Positions 1 through 12,119 of a stretch of DNA of 64,000 bases are shown piece after piece (the first letter of the stretch is position 1; every line of letters starts with the position of its first letter). The position numbers were made by a program, and so were the translations under genes. This DNA is from Piromyces finnis finn (taxonomy: Eukaryota; Fungi; Neocallimastigomycota), in NCBI GenBank assembly GCA_002104945.1, contig MCFH01000071.1, forward strand, positions 62,001-126,000, given 5' to 3'. The notes beneath the pieces were generated by a model. It had not been told where the DNA came from, searched no databases, and saw only the letters and a program-made list of their open reading frames with translations.

Positions 1-2307
1 ACTTGAAATAGCAAAGTTAGGAATAAATTTTCTATAGTAGCTAACTAAGCCAAGGAAGGACCTAAGTTGAGTGACGTTTTTAGGAGTGTTCCAAGAAGCT
101 ATAGCAAGAACTTTAGAAGGCATAGGTTTAATACCATCTGCAGTAAGTACGTGACCAAGAACTTCAACGGAGTTTTTCCAAAAAGAACACTTATCAATAT
201 TAATAGAGAATTTATGCTCTCTTAGGATAATAAAAAGTTTTTCAAGGTCCTTTAAATGTTGTTTAAAGTTAGGAGAATAAACTAAAATATCATCCATGTA
301 AACAAATAGACAAGTACCGATAAGAGGCATAAGAATACGGTTCATTTCACGTTGGAAGGATGCGGGTGCATTAGTTAACCCGAATGGCATAACCTTAAAG
401 TTAAAATTACCAAACTTAGTAGTGAATGCTGTCTTTTCGATATCTTTGCTATTCATTGGAATTTGATGAAAACCAGAAAAAAGGTCAATAGCAGAGAAAT
501 ATTTTGCGCCATGAACAGATTCTAGTAGTTCATCAATAAATGGTAGAGCATACGCGTCTTTAATAGTAATTTGATTTAATTTTCTATAATCGACACACAT
601 ACGCCATTTACCATTTTTCTTTTTCACCATAACAACAGGGAATGACCATGGTGAATGGAAAGGTTCAATGAGACCGTGTTTCAATAGTTTCGAAATCTCT
701 TCTTTTAATGCTTGGGATTGAGCAAGAGATATCTTATAAGGTCTCAGTTTAATGGGTTTGGTGGATGTTAATTCAATAGAATGAGGTTCAGCATCAGCAA
801 CTGAAACATCATCAATGGAATCGATTAAAACATCCCTATAATTTTTTATTAAAGAATGAAGTTGAATTTGTTCATCCTTTGAGATAATATTATCAATATC
901 AGAAATATCTTTTAAGGAATTAATATTATTCATAATAGTAATATGATATAATTTATTTCCTTGCGATATGGAATCTGATGGTTGAGCAACCATAATAGAG
1001 GATCCATCAGTTTTCATATATAAAGCGTCGTCATCAGGATCTATATATAGCCTATGATCCTTTTGTGACTGGCGCCCAAGTATGATATCATAGCAGGAAT
1101 CTTCGTCTTCTAGGATCCAGAAGGTAGTACTTATTTTAAGCTTATCAAAACGAAGAACGAGACTTACTGCTTGATTAGTGGAGATGACTTGTTGGCTAGC
1201 TAGCTTGAAGAATGTTCTTTTAAAGTATTTAATTTTATGTTTCTTTGATATAATATCAAAGAAGGACTTAGTAATCACGTTGACATCAGAGCCTGTATCC
1301 ACTAACACTCTTACAATATTGTTGTCAAAAGAACCTATAACAGAAGCGATATTGACTTTATTAATGACGTTAATCTCATTACTAACATCAATGTTGTCAA
1401 CACTATTGTTAACATTATTGTTATTATCATCACCATCGACATCACCTTCGTTGATAATATTAATAAATGAACTAATATCATCATCATCAAGATCCAAATT
1501 TTGAATGGCGTTTATTTTTCTAACGTCATTAGGATCAAGTTTTAAGCCTTTCGCACAAAGTCTTCTAATGATAGGGCTAACAGCAAAGAGTTGTGCAAAG
1601 GTAATACCAGCGTTGGTATTATTGAGAGCATCATATACATCATACTCCTTATTTTTGCCAAGCATAATAATAGAACGTAAGAAGTCGTAATAGTTTCCTT
1701 TCAGCGACTTCTTACTTCCAATAACTTCTTCCTCTATATCATCTTGATTACTAGAGATATCCGGACCAGTTCTCTTTTTGTTTCTGGCTTCTTTATTTTT
1801 CTTCTTGGCAGAAGAGATATTCTTTCCTGCAATTACCGAGGGGTCTAGGATGTCCAGGCGGGAAGTAGTGGTATGAAAATTTGAATTTTTCTCGTTTTGA
1901 ATTTCTTGCTGTTCTTTCATCTGAGTGGCCTTTGTGTGTATTGGCAAGGGGTTTTCTCGAAGTTTCTTTTTCTTCGACTGAGTCACGTGATCCTCATCTT
2001 CACTTTCATCACTTTCTTCAGAACTTTTCCTCTTGAATGCGTAAATAAGGTTTTCGATGTCCTTATCATCGATTGTATTTGTCACGTGATTTTGTGTAAC
2101 ATCATCCTTATCTATGTCTTTGATTGGATCATCCACCAAAGGGTCAGAAAATTTTTCTTCAGAATTTGAAAATTTTTCTGTTTTATGTGAGTCATGTGTT
2201 TCATCAACATAAACTTGCTCGTTTATGTTATTGATATTGTGGGTTTGGTTATTATCAATTTTGGAGTTAGAAGGGGAAGATTGAGAACTTCCCCCATTTA
2301 ATTTAAA
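1..2307 (-). CDS. Ty3/Gypsy pol (protease + RT), runs off the left edge; element 1
   Basis: Manual minus-strand translation of the segments checked is stop-free and in one frame. It contains protease VLVDTGS (~1285-1305), FKVMPFGLTNAPASFQ (~350-400) and VYMDDIL (~283-303). The frame is -1 relative to gag. It is absent from the ORF track because no stop lies inside the window. Confidence 0.93.
2273..2307 (-). promoter_or_regulatory. -1 ribosomal frameshift signal (U UUA AAU, gag stop, 7-bp hairpin)
   Basis: Heptamer TTTAAAT (2301-2307), 6-nt spacer, then stem GGGGAAG/CTTCCCC (2273-2294). Confidence 0.8.
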
Positions 2308-3167
2308 TGGTTTTGGGAAAGGAGAGTAGCAATAAACTTATTCATATCTGACATTTCATTAGGGCAAAAACGAGCATCATGTCCTCTCTGATTACAGCGG
2401 TGACAGACATGAATTTTCATCTGGGCAAAACTCTTGGTCAGAGCCTCTAGATCGGATTCCTTAACGTCTTTTGTACCTCCTTGATTTTTATTGTTATTAC
2501 TACTACTACTGTTATTATTACTATTATTATTATTATAAGGCGATTTTTCATTGTTGGTAGTAGTTCTTTTCTTAAAGGAGCTATTGCTTTTGTTTCTTTT
2601 ATAGTTATAGTCGGTTTCGTCATCACTTTCATAAGCTGAGATGGTTTCTTCTGCTGTGATGGCGATTCTCATAGCGTCCTTTAAGGTTTTTGGTTGTTTA
2701 TTAATAAGAGAATTCATAATGGGAGTTCTCCTATTAAAGGCTTTAATGTAAAGGAAAACAAGTCTTTCTTCAGAAGGCTTATCCCTTTCTTTAATTTCTT
2801 TCAAGAGGTCATTGAAGGAACGATTGAATTCTCTAACTGAACTCTTGTTTATTTTAATTTTTTCTAGTTTATTGAGGTTCTTATTGGAAGTTTTATCATC
2901 CTCAAATAAGTTAGATATTTTATTGATAAATTCATTATAAGATAGGGATCTATCTTCATAATAAATATCGCTACAAAGATCCTTAGTTTTGTCCGAAGTA
3001 GCGATTAGAGCAACTCTTTTTTTTTCTTTTTCAGAAAGGTTTAAGTCCTCCAAGATATCTTCGAGTTCCATCTTCCATCTAAAGAACTTGGTAGTTTTCT
3101 TTCCGAGAGGGCTTATTTCTTTGGCCATACTTGCGGCTCTTTCAAAGTTATTCTTATCTTCGGACAT
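2298..3167 (-). CDS. Ty3/Gypsy gag with CCHC zinc knuckle; element 1
   Basis: 289-aa ORF with CHRCNQRGHDARFC, lying between the PBS and pol. Confidence 0.92.
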   Translation of the reverse strand: MSEDKNNFERAASMAKEISPLGKKTTKFFRWKMELEDILEDLNLSEKEKKRVALIATSDKTKDLCSDIYYEDRSLSYNEFINKISNLFEDDKTSNKNLNKLEKIKINKSSVREFNRSFNDLLKEIKERDKPSEERLVFLYIKAFNRRTPIMNSLINKQPKTLKDAMRIAITAEETISAYESDDETDYNYKRNKSNSSFKKRTTTNNEKSPYNNNNSNNNSSSSNNNKNQGGTKDVKESDLEALTKSFAQMKIHVCHRCNQRGHDARFCPNEMSDMNKFIATLLSQNHLN

Positions 3168-3254
3168 ATTTATTAATTTAATTAAATAAATATGCTATAT
3201 ATATAAGTAAACAGGAATTTTATATTTTTGGCTATCCCACGGGACGACTGAGGT

Positions 3255-3263
3255 TCTCCACCA
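3255..3263 (-). promoter_or_regulatory. Primer-binding site complementary to the tRNA-Ala 3' end
   Basis: TGGTGGAGA lies 2 nt after the LTR CA on the minus strand. tRNA-Ala ends ...UCCACCA (G3:U70, A73). Confidence 0.75.
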
Positions 3264-3265
3264 CT

Positions 3266-3887
3266 TGATAACGGATTGGTAGTTATATTACAACTTTTTA
3301 ACTACTTCTTCTGTTATCTTATATTGTTTTATCTCGACAGCTATTGTACGAGCTTTAACAATATCTACTAGTTTTATTAATTTATTTTTAAGTTATTTTA
3401 TAATTTTAATAGTTTTATTATTTTAATAATATTTATATAGAATAATAACACCAGATTTATTCTATAAAATATTATTTATTATTAACACAATAATTACAAA
3501 TTAGACAAGTTTAATTTCGTTTTTATATTTTCTTTTATTTATTGTTCTTACGCTCTTTTTAACAATAATTTTTATTATATAAAAACTTATTTTTGTCTTT
3601 TAAATATTATTATGTATTCACTAATTAATTATATTAACTATTATTAAAATTTAACTTATTATTAGTAATCTAAGTCTTCTCATTTTCTACTAAAAAATAT
3701 TATTATTCTTTATAATAAAAATTATTTTTATAATTTAACCCAATCAAATATATAAATTTATAAAATATTTGATTTTATGTAAATTATATTTTTATAATAA
3801 ACTATATAAAATTATTTAATAATTATTTTATAATAAAATTTTCTACTAATATCAAATGTATAATATATTTATAATTATTATTTATCA
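3266..3887 (-). mobile_element. 5' LTR of element 1
   Basis: Inverted termini TGATAA...TTATCA, directly upstream of the PBS; 622 bp. Confidence 0.8.
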
Positions 3888-3888
3888 T

Positions 3889-4384
3889 TGTAAGAAATAT
3901 TTGTGGCCATAAGTTTGCCCACAAATATTTCAATTGAAACCATATATTCTGGTCACCATTTATTGGCCAGATATATGTATAATCATATATTAATGGTTAT
4001 TAATTAAATAGGAAGTTTATTTGCTTTACCCAATCAAGTGGTAAAGAAAATAAACTCATATAGTTAAATAGTATAGTTAAAACTAACGTTAAATACTTTA
4101 GCGTTAGTATTAAAGTAAATTAGTAACTATAATAATAATTAATGTATTATAATTATACTAAATAAATAAAAGATATAATTAAAATTAATTATTTTAGTAA
4201 ATTTATTTCATAATAATATTTATATATACTTGTATTTATTCTTGTGTTATAATATTTATTTTCTTTCTTTTATTATTTTTTATAAAACTTTATTTAGTTA
4301 TTAACTCGTATAGAGAGGTAATAACTAACTTAATTAACTAAATTATATAACTTATTAACTAATATTATAAAAACACTTTTTACA
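3889..4384 (+). mobile_element. Solo LTR family A, copy 1
   Basis: TG...CA; near-identical to 6539-7034 and, inverted, to 8630-9125. Confidence 0.88.
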
Positions 4385-4389
4385 TTTAT

Positions 4390-5023
4390 TGTCAAAAAGC
4401 GATTTTTTATTAAAGGAAAGTGTGGTAAGCACACTAGTTATATTAATTAATAAATATAATACGCTTTCCTATTGAAGGCGTAAAGCTAATAATATTTATA
4501 TAAAGAAAATTAAATAATATTTTTATTTTAGCAATAACTTAATATCATCATATATTAAGTTATTAAAAATATTAAAATTTTTATAGTTTTAGGTTTTATA
4601 GGAGTTTATAAATTTTATTAACTTTAAGTTAAAAAATTACTAACGCTAAAGCTTCGTAATTTTTGTCAATTTTTGTTCTTTTTATACATGAACAATTTTA
4701 ATTATTACATTTTTTAATTTTAATTAATTATTATCTAATTATAAAATATTTAATTTTTATAAATTAATAATTAATATAATTATTGTAAATAGTTAATAAA
4801 TTTAAATTAAAATTTTTAATAATAAAATTTTAATAATTTTAAAAAATTTAATAATTTCAAATATTAGAAATTTTATACTTTGAAATTTTTTAATAAAAAT
4901 TTAAAAAATAAATTTTTTCAAATTTTCAAATTTTCAAATTTTCAAATTTTCAAATTTTAAAAAAATTTTTAATTTTTTCCATGTGTCCAAATTTTTTAAA
5001 TTTTTATATATGTTATTGTGACA
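4390..5023. mobile_element. Solo LTR family B, copy 1
   Basis: TGTCA...TGACA; near-identical to 10405-10973 apart from a longer (AAATTTTC)n tract. Confidence 0.88.
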
Positions 5024-5029
5024 ATTTGT

Positions 5030-5656
5030 TGTAAGAAATTAGATTTATTTTGTAATAAATAATCTATATTTCTTATTAAAATTAATTTATTATATTTTTT
5101 ATTTAACCTTTAATATTTTATTAAATTTTATTAAATTTTATTATAATACATAATGTATTTTAAATGTAATGTAAATTATTGTATTTAGAAAAAATCGATT
5201 ATTAGAATTTTCCCGAATCCATTCGGTTTTATCTAATAATACGATGATTGATAAGAATAGATTATCAATCAAAACTTTTCTAGTTTTTTCTTCTAATCTT
5301 TTTCTAGAAAAGAAATTTATTAAGATTAGAACTTTCTTTTATTCTTTAAGTTTTTATATAAAAAGACCTCTTGAGTTTCATTTGAAAATCAAGAGTTATT
5401 ATTATAAGAAATTATAATAAATAACATAAATAAATTGATACACTTTTAACATTAATAAAACATTCTTATAATAAAAAATATTTTAAACCCTAACACAAAC
5501 GTTATTTATAGGCTCTTATAATAAACTTGATAAGTATATTTTTCTTTATTTTAATAAATAGTTTCCTTATCATTATCTCATTTTAACAATTAGTGTTAAA
5601 ATGTAGCTAATAATTTTATTATGTGAAATATTAATGCATATAATAAAATTATTACA
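5030..5656 (+). mobile_element. Solo LTR family C, copy 1, TSD TTTGT
   Basis: TGTAA...TTACA with a 5-bp direct repeat on both sides; homologous to inverted 7432-8060. Confidence 0.85.
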
Positions 5657-5711
5657 TTTGTTGTGTAAGAATTTAATATATAATTTTAATTATATATGTA
5701 CATTCTTAACT

Positions 5712-7422
5712 TGTCAAGAATAGAAGACGATTAAAAAATATATTAAATATTCAAATAAACAATTTAAAAATCAAATTTATATTTCAAAAATTATAAAACA
5801 CTTTTAAAAATAATTAAAAAAGATCACTTGGAAAAATTTAATATTGAAAAGGTTAAGGATCACAAAAATTTAATTTTCAATAAATTAACCCTTGAGAAGA
5901 AAATGTACTATACGAAACTAGTGATAACTTATGAATCTCGTGTCCTATTTTCCTTTTCTAGAGACTTCAAACCAATTTTATTAGAAAGTACTGGTTGAGA
6001 TCTATATTCTCACAAATTTTCAGCTAATTTAGACCACTAGTTCTTGAGATATAGCTATTTAAAGAATTAATTAGTTCCAATAAATATATAATAATATATA
6101 TTAAAATGATTAATATTAATTTATATAATTAAAGTCATTATTCAAGTCATCCAACTTTCTATAAATAATTCAATTTAAAAATTCTCCATTATTATTAAAT
6201 AAGGTTAGATAATAAATATTCTTGATTATAAACCTAATCAATTATAAAAATTAATTAATAATTTTTCAAATAATTTTGATTAATAACCTCAATCATAATC
6301 AAACCAAAAAACCTTTGGATCAAAAATCATTAATTATAATTATTAATTAATTGATCATGAGAATATATAATTAGTATCAGTAATTGTTATTCTCAATTTA
6401 TAATATTAAATATTTACAATTTAAAATGGTTAAACAATACTTTTATTTTAAAAGTAATTTAAAAGATTAATCTTAAGGTCTATCATATGAATTCATATTA
6501 TTAATATCAATATCAATTATTAATATTTTAATTATTTTTGTAAGAAATATTTGTGGCCATAAGTTTGCCCACAAATATTTCAATTGAAACCATATATTCT
6601 GGTCATCATTTATTGGCCAAATATATGTATAACCATATATTAATGGTTATTAATTAAATAGGAAGTTTATTTGCTTTACCCAATCAAGTGGTAAAGAAAA
6701 TAAACTCATATAGTTAAATAGTATAGTCAAAACTAACGTTAAATACTTTAGCGTTAGTATTAAAGTAAATTAATAGCTATAATAATAATTAATGTAGATA
6801 ATTATAATAAATAAATAAAAGATATAATTAAAATATAATTATTTAAGTAAAAGTTATTTCATAAAATATTTATATAAGTGTTTATATTTATTTTAGTGTT
6901 ATAATATTTATTTTCTTTCTTTTATTATTTTTTATAAAACTTTATTTAGTAATTAACTCGTCTAGAGAGGTAATAACTAACTTAATTAACTAATTATATA
7001 ACTTATTAACTAATTTTATAAAAAACCTTTTACAATTTTATTTTATCTTTATTATTAATATCAATATTAATATCAATGTAATTTTATTATATGTAAGAAA
7101 AAAGTATTTAAACAAAGAATTGAAATCAATCTTGAAATTCTTTGTAAGATTATTAATTATTAATTATTAATTATAATATAACTTAATAAATATTATCTTA
7201 ATAAATAAATAATTAATAAACAAATTTCATAATTAAATTATATTAAAATTTTTATTTTAAATATAAAAACCTATTTAATTTTAAATTAGTATTAATTAAA
7301 TTCTTAATAAGTTTTGAAGAAAAGATTTAATAATAAATAAGTTTAATATTTTATTAGTAAATTAAGTTATATTATATAAAACGTTCTGACCAAGTTACAT
7401 ATCAATCCTAGCTCACTCAACA
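5712..7422 (+). mobile_element. Diverged G-like solo LTR containing LTR A2; candidate TSD TAACT
   Basis: Starts TGTCA and shares blocks (AAAAGGTTAAG...TAACCCTT; TCTTTGTAAGATTATT) with the G LTR. The right end is tentative. Confidence 0.6.
6539..7034 (+). mobile_element. Solo LTR family A, copy 2, TSD ATTTT
   Basis: Repeat of 3889-4384 with a matching 5-bp TSD. Confidence 0.9.
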
Positions 7423-7431
7423 TAACTACAA

Positions 7432-8060
7432 TGTAATAATACACTGTAAGTAATATAATAATATAACTATATTCACAAAATGAGTAATACGTATCTTTAA
7501 TGTTTTGTTTTATTCTTATTTTTAAATTTTTGAATAATAATTTTTTTAAAAAATTTTATTAAAACTTCTCTTAATAAGTTTTGAGTTTATTTTTTCTTAC
7601 AAAGAAAAAATAATAACTCTTGAATTTTTTAATTAAATTCAAGAGTTGTTTTATTTATAAGAATTTTAAAATTTTGGGTTAAATTAAAAAATTTTCTAGT
7701 CTGACAAATAAATCTTCTAGGGAAAGACTAGATAAGAAAACCCTAGAAGGATTTCGATTAATAATCTATTCTTATTAATCACCGAATAATTAAATCAAAA
7801 CCTATTTGTGATAGGAAAAATATTTAATATCCGGTTCCTATCAATTTTACTTTAATTTTAATTTAGATAATAAAATATACTAAATAATTAAATAAAATGT
7901 TTAATATAATTTAAAATAAAACTACAATTTAATTTACATTACACATATTACATAATAAGGATTGTTACATTTATAAAATATTAATAAAATAAAACATGAA
8001 AAATGTATACATTTTAATAAGAAATATAGAATTACTTAAGTTTAATTCTAATTTCTTACA
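7432..8060 (-). mobile_element. Solo LTR family C, copy 2 (inverted, diverged)
   Basis: The reverse complement aligns with 5030-5656 at both ends and has a similar length. Confidence 0.75.
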
Positions 8061-8063
8061 TTG

Positions 8064-8627
8064 TGATACGTTACCTCTATAAAAATAAGAAATTAGCATA
8101 AACTCTAGGAAAAAAATAATTTAGGTTAGAAAATAATAATAATATAATATTGTAGAATTAATCATCAATGTACATTAACGTACATAGTTAATAATAGTAA
8201 TAATTATAATATAATAATATAGCGGAGTTATAGGAAAAATAATAAAAAATAGTATAAAAAAATATAAGAGAAAAAGGAAGGATTGAGAGGAAAAATAATT
8301 AGTTTAGTTTAAGGATATTTTTGGAAGAGAATTATTTAAAAGGGTCTAAATAATTCTATTAGGTTATATTATTTGTTATTAAAAAATAAATTATTCTTAT
8401 TCTTTTAATTGTAAACCTTTTAATTCATTAATTATAAATAAAGATTAAAGATAAAACAAAGACATTATATAAATTATATGTCTCTTTCTTTCAATTTTAT
8501 TTATTAAAAGTATTGAAATTGTTATTATTAACTTCTTTATTAGAATATATTCTTTTAGAATTTCCTTATTTGCTTTGTCCTAAAATAAATAAATTATTTT
8601 GTGGTACTTTATGAAAATATTGTATCA
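8064..8627. mobile_element. Solo LTR family E, copy 1
   Basis: Inverted termini TGATAC...GTATCA; the right end resembles that of 9642-10403. Confidence 0.65.
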
Positions 8628-8629
8628 TT

Positions 8630-9125
8630 TGTAAAAAGTTTTTTATATTATTAGTTAATAAGTTATATAATTAGTTAATTAAGTTAGTTATTACCTCTCT
8701 ATACGAGTTAATAACTAAATAAAGTTTTATAAAAAAATAATAAAAGAAAGAAAATAAATATTATAACACTAAAATAAATATAAACACTTATAAATATTTT
8801 ATGAAATAATTTTTACTTAAATAATTATATTTTAATTATATCTTTTATTTATTTATTATTATTATAGTACATTAATTATTATTATAGCTATTAATTTACT
8901 TTAATACTAATGTTAAAGTATTTAACGTTAGTTTTAACTATACTATTTAACTATATGAGTTTATTTTCTTTACCACTTGATTGGGTAAAGCAAATAAACT
9001 TTCTATTTAATTAATAACCATTAATATATGGTTATACTTATATCTGGCCAATAAATGGTGACCAGAATATATGGTTTCAATTGAAATATTTGTGGGCAAA
9101 CTTATGGCCACAAATATTTCTTACA
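8630..9125 (-). mobile_element. Solo LTR family A, copy 3 (inverted)
   Basis: Reverse complement of A1/A2. Confidence 0.9.
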
Positions 9126-9131
9126 ATGTTG

Positions 9132-9638
9132 TGTAAGAAGTTACTTATAAATAAATTATAAATAACTTCATCTACAAATTAATAATAATTAAATATTACT
9201 AATTTGAGAAAGAAAATAAAAACATTAATGTCGAGTTTATTATATAAAAATACTAATAAACAAAATATTAAATATTAACACTTAAATATAAAAACACACG
9301 TTAAATAAACATTATTTTTAAAAATAATTAATACTTTATTTATTAATAAATTTATATAATAATAACTCTTGATTTCTCAAAAGAGAATCAAGATTATTCT
9401 TTTATAGTAATTTAATACATTATACATGGATTGGTTAAAATGATACAACTAAATTAATGTAATAAAGCAATGTATTTAATTAATGTATTTAATTAATGTA
9501 TCAAATTATGTATTAAATAGTGTATTAAATAATGTGTTAAATTAATGTATTAAACAATAAATAATAATAAATATTATAATAAATATTAATTAATAAGAAA
9601 ATAGATAAATTATATAGAATTTATCTATGTTTCTTACA
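9132..9638. mobile_element. Solo LTR family F, copy 1, TSD TGTTG
   Basis: TGTAAG...CTTACA; repeat of 22505-24010 once the nested G2 is removed. Confidence 0.88.
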
Positions 9639-9641
9639 TGT

Positions 9642-10403
9642 TGATACAAGATGCATAGAAAAATATAATATTTTAAATATTTTATGAATAATATCTAATC
9701 CTTTTATAAATTGTATATTAATTACTAGTGTTAACAATAATTAAACTATATTAGTATAAATTATTATGACGCAAATGTTACACATATATTAGAATAATTA
9801 ATTACACAAGAAATGAAAAGATATAAAAATAGTGAAAAAGAACAAGATATAAAAGAGAGAACTTTTCATTTATAAATAATATTTGATATTTTAGTTTTAA
9901 GTATAAGTTCTATCTTATTTTATTTTAGTTACAGTTTATTTTAGTTTTAGGTCACTAATTACGTATTTAGTATTTATTATATTTAATTCAGTTTAAAATA
10001 TTAATTATAAAAGAAAAGAATAATTATTGTTTATTTTTATTATTTCAAAAAGTTATATTTTATTATTAATAAGAATTTTATCAACATATTTTTATATTTA
10101 CATTTTATATTTAAGTATTTATATTTATTAAACAATAACTTTCGATTCTACTAGTATTGAATGTTATTAAGGTTATAATCATAATAATAATAATAATTAA
10201 ATAAAGAAACTTTAAACCAAAATCTATTTAATTATATTATTATAAAATTTATTATTTTTATTATTTGTTTTTATTATTTATTTTTATTATTATAAAATAG
10301 AAATAAATACAATATTATCTAATATATTATTCAACTCTCATTCCCTATTGCTAAGGTTCACAATTATATTTTATTTATGGTGTTTTTGAAATATATTGCA
10401 TCA
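9642..10403. mobile_element. Solo LTR family E, copy 2
   Basis: TGATAC...GCATCA; its first ~170 bp recur at 18445. Confidence 0.7.
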
Positions 10404-10404
10404 G

Positions 10405-10973
10405 TGTCAAAAAGCGATTTTTTATTAAAGAAAAGTGTGGTAAGCACACTAGTTATATTAATTAATAAATATAATACGCTTTCCTATTGAAGGCGTAAAG
10501 CTAATATATTTATATAAAGAAAATTAAATAATATTTTTATTTTAGCAATAACTTAATATCAGCATATATTAAGTTATTAAAAATATTAAAGTTTTTAAAG
10601 TTTTAGGTTTTATAGGAGTTTATAAATTCTATTAACTTTAAGTTAAAAAATTACTAACGCTAAAGCTTCGTAATTTTTGTTAATTTTTGTTCTTTTTATA
10701 CATGAACAATTTTAATTATTACATTTTTTTAATTTTAATTAATTATTGTCTAATTATAAAATATTTAATTTTTATAAATTAATAATTAATATAATTATTG
10801 TAAATAGTTAATAAATTTAAATTAAAATTTTTAATAATAAAATTTTAATAATTTTAAAAAAATTTAATAATTTCAAATATTAGAAATTTTATACTTTGAA
10901 ATTTTTTAATAAAAATTTTTAATTTTTTCCATGTGTCCAAATTTTTTAAATTTTTATATATGTTATTGTGACA
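10405..10973. mobile_element. Solo LTR family B, copy 2
   Basis: Repeat of 4390-5023. Confidence 0.88.
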
Positions 10974-11033
10974 ATTTTTTGTTGATACAATAGTAAATGT
11001 AAAATAAGCTAAACTAAGTTCAGGTTTGTATAC

Positions 11034-12055
11034 TGTCACGAATACTAGTGAAATCTACAATTTCAAGATCACTTGAAATTGTGAAATTACTTATAAAATT
11101 TCAAAATCAACAATATTTAATTTCCAAATAAATTATAAAATTATTAAGTAATATTTAAAAAATTTAGAAAAGGTTAAGATATGACCTTAACCCTTAATAA
11201 TTTTATAACAAATAACTTTAACCCTTATCGTCAAAATTAAATAAGGAAAAACACGCGTATCTCCTTAACGAATGACGATTTTTTGGAAATTATGGTTGGG
11301 AGATTGTGGGTTCGTTAGAAAGCCACACTCGAGATAAACAACATATCTTAAAATCAGATCGATATCTATGCTGGTTCACGAGATATTCCAATTTAAAGAT
11401 ATTTTGTTAGTAATGATTAATTGTTTATTCAGAAAATGATCACCCCTGATGTATTGAACATAAATCATTCACCCAAAAGGATATAAATTATTGTTTTAAT
11501 TAAATTAAAATTATTTTCCGGAATTAACTTTATTTTATAATAATTATTTCAATAACATAACTTATAATCTCTGAATTAAAAGATTATAATTATTAATATT
11601 ATATTCAATGAATTATATTATAATTAAGAAATAATTAATATTATGAATATATAAACAATAGTTATTTTTAATAATTAGTAATAAGTCTTAAGTTTAACCT
11701 TAGTATTATAAAATATATTATAAAAATAATCATGTATTAAAAAGTTATCTTATTATTAAATGTAAAATTACAAATAGTATAAATAGTTTAGAATAGTTTT
11801 ATGAATTAAATCTTTGTAAAGATTATTACCTTATTAATACTTAACAAGTATTACTATTAAATAATCTTATTATTATATATATTCTTTAAATAAAATAAAA
11901 AGAAATTATTTTAACTATAATACATAATTTAATTATTCATTTATAAAACAATTAAGATTATTTTAATAAAACATTTTTTCTAACCTAGTTATCTTTAATC
12001 TTTTATTTAATTTAATATTTTAATATTAAATTATAAATATAGTAAAACTTTTACA
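11034..12055 (+). mobile_element. 5' LTR of decayed Gypsy element G
   Basis: TGTCA...TTACA, 1022 bp; near-identical to solo 22551-23576; followed by PBS and gag. Confidence 0.9.
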
Positions 12056-12066
12056 ATAATCTTTAC
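12056..12066 (+). promoter_or_regulatory. Self-priming (Tf1-type) PBS of family G
   Basis: ATAATCTTTAC is the exact reverse complement of GTAAAGATTAT at 11816-11826 in the same LTR. Confidence 0.8.
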
Positions 12067-12119
12067 CGCGTTTTTTACCATAACTACCTTAGGAAAAAAC
12101 TTAATTTAAAAATTCAGAA

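Noticed and set aside
1178-2169. Plus-strand ORFs 1178-1504, 1505-1690 and 1897-2169, and similar short ORFs overlapping pol or host exons
   Set aside because: They are antisense or alternative-frame shadows of motif-bearing reading frames.
7092-7430. TGTAAG at 7092 as a separate LTR start
   Set aside because: It aligns with an internal segment of the G LTR (11761 onward), so it is not counted as a junction.
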